This document shows positions 8,186 through 18,125 of a DNA stretch of 64,000 bases, in pieces. The first letter of the stretch is position 1, and the number at the start of each line of letters is the position of its first letter. The translations under genes were made by a program, and so were the position numbers. The stretch covers positions 192,001 to 256,000 of the forward strand of contig JAVCBU010000012.1 in assembly GCA_037917685.1 (NCBI GenBank), given 5' to 3'. The notes below the pieces were generated by a model. The model was not told where the DNA came from and did no database searches. It saw nothing but the letters and a program-made list of their open reading frames with translations. Origin of the DNA: Thermoproteota archaeon. GTDB lineage: Archaea; Korarchaeota; Korarchaeia; Korarchaeales; JAOZGB01.

Positions 8186-9436
8186 TTAAACGCCTGTTTT
8201 TTCTACGTATCTTTTGATTGCCTTCTTGAAACATTCCATGGGAGCTCTGACGAGTCCTGCGCCTATCTGACCTACACCAGGTTCCTTGTGCGCGATTCCA
8301 GTGTTAATCCTAGGAGTGATCCCTGTTTCAACAACCTTTAATAGATCTATCCCAGTCGGGGTTCCTCTAAAGTCTAACATGGGTATAGAAAAACTCGGAT
8401 TCTCTGTAACTGTGATTTCCCGCATTTCTCTCGTAGCGTTTAGAGCATCCCTTGGGCTGCCGCCTATGAACTGTACTATGGCTGGAGCCGCTGCCATGGC
8501 AAATCCACCAAGTCCAACCGTCTCTGTTATGGTGCTATCTCCGAGATCCGGGTTTGCATCTTTCTCCGAGTATCCCGGAAAGTATAAACCCTTCGGCATC
8601 GGCGCTGGAGCTGTAAACCACTCGTCGTTTAATCCACTAATCCTAATTCCAAATTCTACGCCGTTCCTCGACATCGCAGTGACGACTGTAGAATATTCTA
8701 CGCCAGCCATTTGATCAGCCATTGACTTGCACGCAGCCATCGAGAGGTTTAGAAAGAAATGCGGGTTTCCCTTTATGAAGTTTACGACGTCATTTATGAT
8801 TTTCTTTTCAAGAGTGGTACATAACAAGAGAGACGTGATTTCAGATAGGAACAAGCTTGTAGCAGCAACGTTACGGTTGTGACATTCATCACCCATATGT
8901 AATGCTTTGACTATTATCTGCTTTAGATCTACCTTCCCAATCCTTAGCGCTTCCCTTAGCGCAGGATATAGTGTCTCCTCCATCCATTTTAGCCTGTCAA
9001 TAACGTCCCCGCTGTAAGCCCCGAATCTTAAGACCTTCCCAAGGCCTTCATTCATTGTACAAAAAGCTTTATTCCCGTAAGCCTCGTTTTCTACGATGAA
9101 CACAGGCATTGAAGGTGAGGCTATCCCTGTCATCGGGCCAACCGTACTATGATGATGACATGGCTCGAACTTTATCTCTCCGGACCCGGCAAGTTTTACA
9201 GCATCCTCATAGCTCTCTGCTCTACCCTCGTAAATCAGCGCGCCAGCTATAGCACCTTTCATCGGGCCGCACATTCTATCCCAGCTTATGGGAGGCCCTG
9301 CGTGGAGTATCATATCGCTCTTCATGCCCGGAATAACTTCAGCTGCCTTCCCAACCCCGACAAGAACGGGTTTTGACTTCAGAAGTCTTTCCACTGCTGT
9401 ATCATTCGCTTCTCTAATCCTTTCCATCATACTCAT
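8186..9436 (-). CDS. DUF1116 (YlbE/AllG/YahG-like) protein
   Basis: LHAGPPI.W..MCGPM.GA, PCHHH..VGPM, LHMGDECHNRN, NPDLGDS.ITET.G, INTGIAHKEPG.GQIGAG. Confidence 0.9.
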   Translation of the reverse strand: MSMMERIREANDTAVERLLKSKPVLVGVGKAAEVIPGMKSDMILHAGPPISWDRMCGPMKGAIAGALIYEGRAESYEDAVKLAGSGEIKFEPCHHHSTVGPMTGIASPSMPVFIVENEAYGNKAFCTMNEGLGKVLRFGAYSGDVIDRLKWMEETLYPALREALRIGKVDLKQIIVKALHMGDECHNRNVAATSLFLSEITSLLLCTTLEKKIINDVVNFIKGNPHFFLNLSMAACKSMADQMAGVEYSTVVTAMSRNGVEFGIRISGLNDEWFTAPAPMPKGLYFPGYSEKDANPDLGDSTITETVGLGGFAMAAAPAIVQFIGGSPRDALNATREMREITVTENPSFSIPMLDFRGTPTGIDLLKVVETGITPRINTGIAHKEPGVGQIGAGLVRAPMECFKKAIKRYVEKTGV

Positions 9437-9440
9437 CAGC

Positions 9441-10202
9441 CTACTCCTCTAGGAAGGCTACAACCCTGCAGAAGGCAGCCTCGCCTCCTCTAAATCTCCA
9501 TGGGAAGCATCCTACAGTCACCCTCCTGTTTAAAACCTTATCAATGTCTCCTCCAAGGTTTTCAACATGTATCAGGCCATGGGGAAAGAGTTTTGTGTGC
9601 ATTAGCTGATAGTCTTCAACGGGAAATATCTCGTCCAGCGGTTTACCGAGCTTTCTCTCGGCTTCAGCCGCGAGGTCTGGCCGTAGTTTCCTAATTATAG
9701 TGTTCATGGGGTGGTCAGCTGAGCCGCAGTCTACACCTATCCATCTGAGTTTCATTTTCAACGCCCACTCCGCAAATCTCCTGTCAGGGCCAGGGTGCTT
9801 GCAGAAATACGCTGTTTCATCAGCTTCTTTCTCGTACCATGCATATTTATGAAATCCGGTATGAATTATCAGAATGTCTCCCTCCCTCACTTCAACCTTC
9901 TTTGTTATGTGTTCAGGAGTGTAGATCTCGTATTCCCCTACTTCATCGCTAATGTCCACTATTGCAGCTGGGCCATAAAGTTTTTCGAGTGGTATAGATT
10001 CAACATCTCCCCCATGGGATACGAAATGTAAAGGAGCGTCTATATGGGTACCGCAGTGTAAGCTTGTTCTTATTTCCTGACCGTTAACTCTATGTTCAGC
10101 TATCCTTTTTATAAAGTATACCCGTGGTGCGGTATAAGTAGGCCACGGGGGGGTGAGAACACTCCAAGGCTGGGTGAGATCCACAAGTCTCATGGTCATC
10201 AC
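9441..10202 (-). CDS. Cyclase family metal-dependent amidohydrolase (kynurenine formamidase-like)
   Basis: HCGTHIDAPLHF metal motif, GVD..SAD, HVENL, GGEA...RVVA. Confidence 0.92.
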   Translation of the reverse strand: MMTMRLVDLTQPWSVLTPPWPTYTAPRVYFIKRIAEHRVNGQEIRTSLHCGTHIDAPLHFVSHGGDVESIPLEKLYGPAAIVDISDEVGEYEIYTPEHITKKVEVREGDILIIHTGFHKYAWYEKEADETAYFCKHPGPDRRFAEWALKMKLRWIGVDCGSADHPMNTIIRKLRPDLAAEAERKLGKPLDEIFPVEDYQLMHTKLFPHGLIHVENLGGDIDKVLNRRVTVGCFPWRFRGGEAAFCRVVAFLEE

Positions 10203-10288
10203 ACTCGCTATCGTAAGTTAAGCTTAAAAATTCTATCAATTCCGACGGAAACTATTTTAAGATTCAGCTGGATCTAATAGGAGGGCAT

Positions 10289-11299
10289 TTGAATAATTTG
10301 AATCTTAATTCGACAGCCAGACGAGTATTAAACTCTTTCCCCATAAAGACTGACCAGGTATTCCTTGAAGGGAGTTATGGCCTGTCAAAGCTTTACAGGG
10401 TAGGTGAACCATCGTGTGAAGGAGGAATATACATAATGGATTGCAGGGAAGGGATTGAAATATCGTGCCACCCATCAATCGTAGGTGAACGTCTTAGGGA
10501 TAAATGCCTGGTAATAGCCTCCTACTCATCCAAGTTTATAAGGGAAAAGTATGGTACACCCAGCACAGACTATATAATACTCGTAGATATTTTGAGGGGT
10601 GGCCCCGGCTATAGGCTTGCAGGCCCGCTGAGAAGCGTATTTAAAGACGTCTCTTTTAGAAGGGTGAAGATAAGACCTAGATATGTTGAACCATCTTACA
10701 TGGATCATTCAGGAGAGAAGAAGCTTATAGTCGAAGGATTAGATTTTAGGCAGATGCCTAGAGAGGGGAAGGCTTTGATTATAATGCCTGACACCGTTGC
10801 TAGTGGTAGAACTATGAAATTATGTTTGGAAGTTCTGATGGGTAGGATTGAAAACATTAGAGTTTCGAGTATAGTCATATACGGGTTTATATCTGAAAAA
10901 TTCACCCGTGAAATTCAGGATCTAGAATCCAAATATGGTGTTCCAGTAGGAGTAATAGGAATTGAGAATCTTACAGGACTTTCAAGCAATAACTATACTA
11001 TGCCTTATTATGGGTATGATCCATACTATAACTATAGTGCTGACAAAAGACTCGGCTGTCTAACAAGTATAGATATAATTAGGAGGGTTTGCAAGGAATA
11101 TGTACCATCAATGGACGAGCCGGGGGATTGGAATACAAGGCATATGGAACCCGAGATTTCAGGTCCTTCAGGAATTAAAACGCATCTGGAGTCTTCAAGG
11201 ATTGAACTTAGGAAAATCCTGAGGATAGCTGAACTGGAGCCCTACCAGAGAAGTATAGCTCTAAAAGAGCTTGAGGAGATAGAAAGACTTTTATCATGA
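10289..11299 (+). CDS. Divergent type I phosphoribosyltransferase-like protein (UPRTase-like)
   Basis: VDILRGG (cf. UPRTase ILRAG) and IIMPDTVASGRT PRPP-binding loop. Confidence 0.6.
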   Translation: MNNLNLNSTARRVLNSFPIKTDQVFLEGSYGLSKLYRVGEPSCEGGIYIMDCREGIEISCHPSIVGERLRDKCLVIASYSSKFIREKYGTPSTDYIILVDILRGGPGYRLAGPLRSVFKDVSFRRVKIRPRYVEPSYMDHSGEKKLIVEGLDFRQMPREGKALIIMPDTVASGRTMKLCLEVLMGRIENIRVSSIVIYGFISEKFTREIQDLESKYGVPVGVIGIENLTGLSSNNYTMPYYGYDPYYNYSADKRLGCLTSIDIIRRVCKEYVPSMDEPGDWNTRHMEPEISGPSGIKTHLESSRIELRKILRIAELEPYQRSIALKELEEIERLLS

Positions 11300-11348
11300 T
11301 GGCATAGCAGAAAAGTTAAAATGTTATACCGTCTAGCTGCAAGATTAC

Positions 11349-11894
11349 ATGATACTCTCAGACACTGAAATTGTTAAGGCTATAGAAAGTGGGGAAATAA
11401 GAATTATACCCTTCAAAAGGGAGATGTTAGGTCCGTGTTCTGTAGATCTTTCCTTGGATAGTGTTTTCGGCATATTTAAAACGTCTAGAACTGTTGACCC
11501 TGAAAATCACAGGAGTGTTGAGGAGAACCTTGAAATTATAAATACGGAGGACAAACCTTACATAATAAAACCCGGGGAATTTATACTCGCACGAACAAGG
11601 GAGAGGGTCGCTATATCTAAGTCTCTGGCAGCTACACTTGAAGGGAAGAGTAGCATTGCAAGACTCGGCCTCGTGGTCCACGCCGCTGGACTTGTAAATC
11701 CTGGCACAGGACTATCCGAGCCAGTACCACTAGTCTTGGAGATTTTCTGTCAGAATAGGTCTCCCGTGGTGCTTCACCCTGGAATGGGTATAATTCAGAT
11801 AATATTCCATAGATTAGGCGAGCCTGCAAGTATAGGATATGACGAGAGGCCCAGCTCCCGGTTCAGTGGAAGGAAGGGTTTAAGGCTGATCTAA
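11349..11894 (+). CDS. dcd: dCTP deaminase family protein
   Basis: MILSD.EI, SVDL.L, PGEFILART.E, LEGKSSIARLGL, LEI, GM.I.QIIF. Confidence 0.85.
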   Translation: MILSDTEIVKAIESGEIRIIPFKREMLGPCSVDLSLDSVFGIFKTSRTVDPENHRSVEENLEIINTEDKPYIIKPGEFILARTRERVAISKSLAATLEGKSSIARLGLVVHAAGLVNPGTGLSEPVPLVLEIFCQNRSPVVLHPGMGIIQIIFHRLGEPASIGYDERPSSRFSGRKGLRLI

Positions 11895-11895
11895 C

Positions 11896-13104
11896 TTGGA
11901 AGGAAATAAGGGGAGGAGAACTCTAATAACATTATACTTCATCTCTGCATTCTCCTCCTTCTCAAACATGCTTTATCAGTCTTACATAAACGTCTATGCC
12001 GTCTATGCCGGGTTAAAATATCAAGAGATGGGTTGGATGAGGGCTCTCAGAAACCTTGCCTCATCCTTGTTGCCTGTGTACTCTGGGAGAGAGGCTGATG
12101 TGAAAGGTAGAAAGCCTATGATAATAATCGGATACACACTCGTCGGAATGATGATTCTACTGCTCGTGCTCCACCCAACTGTTTCAACATTGATTTTAGG
12201 AACTTTGCTTATTGCTATGGGATACTCCGTAGCAGCGCCAGCATGGGCTGGTCTAATAGGCGATTATACAGTTAGAGGCAAGCGAGGAGAAGTTATAGGA
12301 AAGGTCGGAGCAGTCGGCCAAGCATCTAGCATAGCCTCAACGGTGATAGTGGCATTCCTCACCTATAGAAGTAGAGAGACCTATGGAGAGCTCTTAGCGG
12401 TACCTCTCATACTCTCCGGCTTGTTTTCGTTTGCATCAGCTTTGGTTACATTAATGGTGCAGGAAAGGATACATGATAGTGGTGTAAAAAGGTTTTCCAC
12501 GGTAGAATTAAGGAATTTGTTAGAGAATAGATATTTCAGGAGATTTGTATTACTTGGGGCTTTAAATTTCTTCACTATGTCCATCGCATGGTCGGGCTTC
12601 CCTTACGTACTTTCCGAGTTGACCTTAAATCAGGCTTGGAGAATCGCTGTTTTATGGAGCTCGTGGAGCCTAACCGGGGCCCTAACCCAGAAGTGGATTG
12701 GAAAAATAACAGACGAAAGAGGAAAAAGGCTTGTCTTACTTTCAGGCTGGGTTTTAACTTCAACACTTCCTGCCTCATATGCAGCAGCCAGAAACTGGGT
12801 GCATTTGATAGCTGTCCACCTTGCTGGTGGTGTAATATGGTCCATGGTTAACATTGCACAAATGTCTTATATTCTGGATTCAGCAACGGGAAACAGGATG
12901 GCAAGCTGCTCAGCCGTATTTAACATGGTAACAGGGCTTACAGGTTTTGTTGGCTCACTAATAGGTGGCTATATTATGAGTATGTTTCCGGGCTGCTGGA
13001 TTATGGATCCAACAAGGTTTGTTCTTATGTTATCAGCCGGCCTGAGAGTTGCCTCAGGCCTGACATATCTCAGCCTAAAAGAACCCACACAGATAGCTGT
13101 CTAG
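11896..13104 (+). CDS. MFS transporter
   Basis: About 12 TM segments; GREADVKGRK and GKITDERGKR MFS loop motifs. Confidence 0.88.
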   Translation: MEGNKGRRTLITLYFISAFSSFSNMLYQSYINVYAVYAGLKYQEMGWMRALRNLASSLLPVYSGREADVKGRKPMIIIGYTLVGMMILLLVLHPTVSTLILGTLLIAMGYSVAAPAWAGLIGDYTVRGKRGEVIGKVGAVGQASSIASTVIVAFLTYRSRETYGELLAVPLILSGLFSFASALVTLMVQERIHDSGVKRFSTVELRNLLENRYFRRFVLLGALNFFTMSIAWSGFPYVLSELTLNQAWRIAVLWSSWSLTGALTQKWIGKITDERGKRLVLLSGWVLTSTLPASYAAARNWVHLIAVHLAGGVIWSMVNIAQMSYILDSATGNRMASCSAVFNMVTGLTGFVGSLIGGYIMSMFPGCWIMDPTRFVLMLSAGLRVASGLTYLSLKEPTQIAV

Positions 13105-13775
13105 GGGTTTGAATAGGCTGACGATTCTATTTTTCTAATGGCTATGGGGAGATCCCATATCCCATCTATTATAATGGTAGCTCCAGCTCTCTCCAGTTTC
13201 TCCACAATTTCATGACCGGTTTTTACAGCTATCCCGATTACTCCGGCATTCTTTGCAGACATCATATCTATCCAGTAGTCCGCGACGAAAACCGCTTCTT
13301 CGGGTTTAACGTTGAAGTCTGATAATATCCTTTTAAGTAGGCTTGTTCTTGACCATAAATGCTCTCTGTCTGGGTCTACCATCTTCCTCGTGTAAACAGC
13401 GTCGAAGTATTTAAGCAAACCATAGGCTTCTAACTCAGCTTTAACGTCTTCCGGGGTACATGTCCGGCCGGTTGCGACTACCAGTTTGAAACCCTCCTTC
13501 TTCAGTTTTTTAAGCACGGGGACGGCTCCTCTTATCACCTTATCTTCTGGGTGGACATAGTTACAGTATGATTTGCTGAATTCTTCCCAGAATCTCTCCT
13601 TTTCGTCGCCTATTAGAGAGTCCAATGTGTCAAACCTGTAATGCGTGAAGAAGGTCTCCCAGTCTACAGGTGGCCTGCCATGTCTTAATAGGAGCATGTT
13701 AAATATCTCATAGAACCTCTTTATAGTGTCGGTCAATGTCTGATCTAAGTCTAGAATTACAAGTTTTATGGGCAT
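13101..13775 (-). CDS. HAD-superfamily hydrolase (phosphoglycolate phosphatase-like)
   Basis: ILDLDQTLTDT motif I, VATG motif II, VFVADY..D motif IV. Confidence 0.88.
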   Translation of the reverse strand: MPIKLVILDLDQTLTDTIKRFYEIFNMLLLRHGRPPVDWETFFTHYRFDTLDSLIGDEKERFWEEFSKSYCNYVHPEDKVIRGAVPVLKKLKKEGFKLVVATGRTCTPEDVKAELEAYGLLKYFDAVYTRKMVDPDREHLWSRTSLLKRILSDFNVKPEEAVFVADYWIDMMSAKNAGVIGIAVKTGHEIVEKLERAGATIIIDGIWDLPIAIRKIESSAYSNP

Positions 13776-13845
13776 GCATGGTATTAAGAGCTGGTTTATA
13801 ATAAGAATGGTACTTTTAAACCTGCCCAGAGACCACTTATCTTAT

Positions 13846-14361
13846 ATGAAAGTTGTCGATGAGAGAATAGTCTTAGAAGGAAAATCTTTCAGTTTTGCAG
13901 TTTATAGGGTTCAAACTCGCACAGGGAAAATATTGGAGAGGCTTGTTGTTAAACATCCAGGCTGTGTAGTTATAATACCATATGAGGACGGCTATCTATA
14001 CCTTATCCGACAATACAGGGCTGCTGCCGGCGAATCCCTTATAGAGCTCCCAGCGGGAACCATAGAACAGGGTGAGAATCCTTTAGAATGTGCTAGAAGA
14101 GAGCTCAGGGAGGAAACTGGGCTTGAAGCGTTGAGCATCAGAAAAGTATTTACTGCGTACCTAGCCCCGGGATACAGTAGTGAAAAGGCGCATTTCTTCC
14201 TTGCAACATCATTTAAAAATGTGGACCGCAGTCCGGAGGAGGATGAGGAGATAGAGGTTGTAAGGATGAAATTGGATGAGGCCTACTTAAAGGTTTTGAA
14301 TGGTGGTTTCAAGGATGCGAAAACAATGCTTGGCATATTATGGCTGAAAAGTAGAGTCTAA
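13846..14361 (+). CDS. NUDIX hydrolase (ADP-ribose pyrophosphatase-like)
   Basis: ELPAGTIEQGENPLECARRELREETG Nudix box, HPG.V.I, QYR, DAKT. Start adjusted to ATG 13846. Confidence 0.9.
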   Translation: MKVVDERIVLEGKSFSFAVYRVQTRTGKILERLVVKHPGCVVIIPYEDGYLYLIRQYRAAAGESLIELPAGTIEQGENPLECARRELREETGLEALSIRKVFTAYLAPGYSSEKAHFFLATSFKNVDRSPEEDEEIEVVRMKLDEAYLKVLNGGFKDAKTMLGILWLKSRV

Positions 14362-14385
14362 AGCCCTCTCCTGATCTTGGCAGGG

Positions 14386-14412
14386 ATAAAATAAGAGTGG
14401 GGGTTTCCCCGC
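14386..14412 (-). terminator. Putative hairpin plus U-rich terminator after AOR
   Basis: Minus strand reads GCGGGGAAACCCCCAC followed by TCTTATTTTAT directly after the stop codon. Confidence 0.35.
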
Positions 14413-16359
14413 TTACACTGTTGCTGGAAGCTTTCCTGCCTTTCCTAGTTGTTCAGCTACATCGTCTAGCTCTAGTTCTTCTAGGGTTTTCCTCTTTGGA
14501 AGGCCTGTTTTAATGTCCCAGCCTCTTTTCTCGTAGTATTCGTCTAGCATTTTGTCAAGCTGGCAGACGCGGCCTTTAGCAGGTCCGGCTGGCATAGGCT
14601 CCTTCAGGAACCTGTCTGGCAGGGTGTCGTCCTTCCTCGTCAGGCCTAGCCTAACGTTAAACGCCTTTCTAAGGTTTGCAATCCTTGCTGCAACCTTTCT
14701 CACGTATTTAACATCAGCATACTCCTGCATACCTGTTAGGGGTGGTATTATCTTCGCCACGTCTTCGAAGTAGAATATTGGGGGCCACATGGTTGAATAC
14801 TTACATATGATCATCGAGTCGACTAGGCAGTAGAAGTCTTCAAGGTCCCTGATAAGCTCACCTTTATACTGGGGTGACAGGGGGTCAACCATTATTCTGT
14901 AGTCATACTGGGGATACCTTTCCTTTGCTGTTTCCTCATACCCCTGTTCCTCGAGGCAGGACAGGGATGTTAGGTGATCTGCGCCTCTTGCAGCTGTGGC
15001 ATGGGTTAGCCCGGAAGACTGGTGGGAGCGGCCGTCCTGGCCGGACACCTCCAGCCCCTTGACATGTATGGCATATCTCCAGCTTCCCCTCCCTATTACC
15101 TCCGCAGCCCGCCTGGAACCCTCAGCAAGTATATCCCCAAAGCCCTTCCTGAAAGCAATATCCCTGACAAGCTGGACAATGGCCTCATGGTTCCCCCATG
15201 TCAGCTCTAAGCCCCCGGTATCCTCCTTTGAAAGGATACCTCTTTCATAGCACTCTATTGCAAAGGCTATTGTACAGCCTGTGGATATCGTGTCAAGGCT
15301 GTACTCGTTACAGAGCCAGTTTGCATGAATTACAGACTCTAAGTGTGGGTTTCCGCAGTTCGAGCCGAACGCCATGATCGTCTCATATTCCGGTCCTCCT
15401 GTTAGCGTCTTGTACGGCCCATATGGGACCTTTGACAGGTATTTACACTGGATTCCACAGCCCATGCACGCCGCCCTCTTAACCCTGAACTCTCTACGCA
15501 TCCTTTCACCTGATATCTTATCCGCATCCTCGTAAACACCTGTGGAGTGGTTTCTCGTTGGAAGCCGCCCTATGGCGCTTGTGATTTCTACAAGACTGGG
15601 TGTACCATACATGCCAAGGGAGCTCTCGTTTAGCTCGCCCCATTCAACAGTCATCTTGTACCATGCGTATTCCATGACCTCTTTCCACTCGTCATAGTCG
15701 TATACTTCAACGCTGCCTGTACCTCTAACAGCTATAGCTTTGAGGTTCTTCGACCCCATCACGGCTCCCATCCCTGTTCTACCAGCTGCATGGTAATAGT
15801 CAAATATTATGCACGACATTTTAACCATGTTCTCTCCGGCAGGCCCTATCGCCGCAACCTTTATTCTATCATCCCCATGCTTCTCTCTGATCATGTCAGT
15901 GGTTTCGGACACTGTTTTACCCCACAGCCTGCTAGCATCCATGAGTTCCACATGGTTATCATCGATGTATAGGTATACAGGCTTCTCAGACTTGCCTGTT
16001 ACTATGATCATGTCGTAGCCAGCATATTTAAGCTCGGGGGCGAATGCTCCTCCGGTATTGGCTGAGCCCCACACCCCTGTAAGGGGCGACCTTGCTGCAA
16101 CTTCCAGCCTACCTGTCTGAGGGAAATAGGCTCCGTTTACAGGCCCTGTGGCAATTACAAGTCTGTTCTCAGGTGAGAGGGGCTTTGTGTCAGGTCCGGT
16201 TTCATCCCATAGTATTCTGGTAGCAAATCCTATACCCCCGAGATATTTTAGTGCTAAGCCCTCCGGCAGATCTTCCTTGATAATGCTACCTGATGTTAGA
16301 TTTACTCTGAGTATTTTACCAGCATACCCCTTATACTTGAATTTAGACATGGGCCCCAC
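14413..16359 (-). CDS. aor: Tungsten aldehyde:ferredoxin oxidoreductase family protein (paralogue 1)
   Basis: GYAGKILRVNL, SPLTG, AIGPAGEN, GRTGMGAVMGSKNLKA, ACMGCGIQC, PEYET, DTISTG, YYEKRGWD. Confidence 0.95.
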   Translation of the reverse strand: MGPMSKFKYKGYAGKILRVNLTSGSIIKEDLPEGLALKYLGGIGFATRILWDETGPDTKPLSPENRLVIATGPVNGAYFPQTGRLEVAARSPLTGVWGSANTGGAFAPELKYAGYDMIIVTGKSEKPVYLYIDDNHVELMDASRLWGKTVSETTDMIREKHGDDRIKVAAIGPAGENMVKMSCIIFDYYHAAGRTGMGAVMGSKNLKAIAVRGTGSVEVYDYDEWKEVMEYAWYKMTVEWGELNESSLGMYGTPSLVEITSAIGRLPTRNHSTGVYEDADKISGERMRREFRVKRAACMGCGIQCKYLSKVPYGPYKTLTGGPEYETIMAFGSNCGNPHLESVIHANWLCNEYSLDTISTGCTIAFAIECYERGILSKEDTGGLELTWGNHEAIVQLVRDIAFRKGFGDILAEGSRRAAEVIGRGSWRYAIHVKGLEVSGQDGRSHQSSGLTHATAARGADHLTSLSCLEEQGYEETAKERYPQYDYRIMVDPLSPQYKGELIRDLEDFYCLVDSMIICKYSTMWPPIFYFEDVAKIIPPLTGMQEYADVKYVRKVAARIANLRKAFNVRLGLTRKDDTLPDRFLKEPMPAGPAKGRVCQLDKMLDEYYEKRGWDIKTGLPKRKTLEELELDDVAEQLGKAGKLPATV

Positions 16360-16846
16360 CCACCGCGACTTTATATATTCTTATTAGAGATTCTGCTTTC
16401 TCCCTAGCCCTCAAATAGTAAGCCTGCTCCGCTGGGAGGTAGAGGATTGCTTTAACCCTGCAGTAGTTGACACATGCAGGGTCCCCCCCGCATAGGTTAC
16501 ATTTTGTCGAAGTTCCTGTGGAAGGATCTATCCTTATAGCGCCAAGCGGGCAGGCCATGACGCATAGTTTGCATCCGATACATTTATCCTTGTCTACCTC
16601 GACAGCCCATGTCTCCTCGTTTCTGTATAGTGCGCCGGTCGGGCATGACTCCACACATGGCGCGGGGTCGCATTGTTGACACACTATTGGGATGAAAACT
16701 CCATTTTTCTCGTCGGCTATTACTGTTATGTTTGACCTTGCAGGATTGAAAACTCCCTTATTTACGAAGGAGCATACCAGTTCGCAAGCTCTACAGCCCG
16801 TACATTTGGATGGATCTGCAAACAGTATTTTCACCAAATCCACCAC
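16343..16846 (-). CDS. Multi-[4Fe-4S] electron transfer subunit (AOR beta-type)
   Basis: CTGCRACELVC, CQQC..APC..SCP, CIGCKLCVMACP, KCNLC.GDPACV..C; overlaps the AOR start. Confidence 0.93.
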   Translation of the reverse strand: MVDLVKILFADPSKCTGCRACELVCSFVNKGVFNPARSNITVIADEKNGVFIPIVCQQCDPAPCVESCPTGALYRNEETWAVEVDKDKCIGCKLCVMACPLGAIRIDPSTGTSTKCNLCGGDPACVNYCRVKAILYLPAEQAYYLRAREKAESLIRIYKVAVGGAHV

Positions 16847-16908
16847 GCAAGAAGTTTAATATTAAGAAATAATAAAAGTGTAGCTGTGAACTATCTATCG
16901 GGGTTAAG

Positions 16909-17451
16909 ATGAAGAGGGGATCTGTAGCGCTCTCAGCTGTATTCACCGCAGCGGTATTTGCAGCCACATATGTTGTACATGTCCCAGTTCCCCAGACTCA
17001 GGGATATATTAACCTTGGGGATACAATGGTGCTCTCGGCAGGGCTCCTATTAGGCCCATACCTCGGCCTAATCGCCGGCGGGGTAGGCTCAGCACTAGCA
17101 GATATAGCCATAGCTCCTTCATGGGCTCCCTTTACCCTAGTAATAAAGGGGTTGGAAGGGTTGATCGCTGGGTACCTTTCGAGAAGAAATAAAAAACTAC
17201 GTGGACTAACCCTCTCATCCATAGTTGCATCTCTCGAAATGGTAGCTGGATATTTTATTGTTGAAGTAGCACTGTACGGTCTGGGCCCAGCCCTAGTAGA
17301 ACTTCCAGGTAACATCCTCCAAGCTGTTGTAGGATGTATCGTAGCCATACCAATAGCATATACCATCAGAATTAGATACAGCCCTATTCTACCTGTATGG
17401 GAAGCGTGTCGCGCCACCCACCATGTAATAGAATCGCGCGAGTCTCCGTAG
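16909..17451 (+). CDS. ECF transporter S component
   Basis: GYINLGDTMV, GG.GSALAD, APFTLVIKGLEG, PGNILQ. Confidence 0.9.
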   Translation: MKRGSVALSAVFTAAVFAATYVVHVPVPQTQGYINLGDTMVLSAGLLLGPYLGLIAGGVGSALADIAIAPSWAPFTLVIKGLEGLIAGYLSRRNKKLRGLTLSSIVASLEMVAGYFIVEVALYGLGPALVELPGNILQAVVGCIVAIPIAYTIRIRYSPILPVWEACRATHHVIESRESP

Positions 17452-17456
17452 AATGG

Positions 17457-17543
17457 TTATGAGGCATATTGCCTGCTTTGAGATTCGCCTCGGAGCGCTT
17501 CCCCGCCCAAAGCATCCTTCAAATTTAGCTTAAGATTAGACAC
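17457..17543 (-). pseudogene. Possible rubrerythrin N-terminal remnant
   Basis: Manual translation VSNLKLNLKDALGGEALRGESQSRQYAS* resembles the rubrerythrin start NLK.AFAGESQA..RY; only 28 aa. Confidence 0.3.
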
Positions 17544-17711
17544 ATCTCCCACCGCGACTTCTCACGCCCCGTTTCTATCCAGGATATATAAGTGCCCGTC
17601 GAATCCATCTGTGCCTTAAACCTGTCCGCGCGCGCAGATCTCTCTCCGCGCAGATTTCTCATTGTGTTTTGTGGATAGATTTTTAAGGCGTGGTCAGCTT
17701 CATATTTTAGG

Positions 17712-18125
17712 TTGGGAGATAGAAGTAGGGATTGGATGGATCAGGCTGAAAGAGATCTGGAGCTTGCTGAGAAATGTGTTTTAGACGGTTTCTATGAGTG
17801 GGCCTGCTTTCTTTCACAGCAAGCTTCAGAGAAGGCTGTGAAAGCCGTTTTCCAGGCGTTAGGGGGCGAGGCATGGGGTCACTCAGTCACAGACCTACTG
17901 CTTGAACTACCGGAGGGGTATAGACCTAGTATGAGGCTTGTTGACCTGGCGAAAGAGATTGATAAGGCCTATATTCCAACGAGGTATCCTAACGCCCATC
18001 CATCAGGCCCCCCATATAAGTATTATACTAGAAGAGAGGCTGAGAGGCTTGTCTCAAACGCAAAGGAGATCATCGGGTACTGTAAAGGTATTCTGGAGAG
18101 AATACGGCAGGGACGAAGCTGTTAA
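17712..18125 (+). CDS. HEPN domain protein (COG2250 type)
   Basis: DW..QAERDL..A, YEWACFLSQQA.EKAVKA, WGHSV..L, YIPTRYP. Confidence 0.93.
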   Translation: MGDRSRDWMDQAERDLELAEKCVLDGFYEWACFLSQQASEKAVKAVFQALGGEAWGHSVTDLLLELPEGYRPSMRLVDLAKEIDKAYIPTRYPNAHPSGPPYKYYTRREAERLVSNAKEIIGYCKGILERIRQGRSC

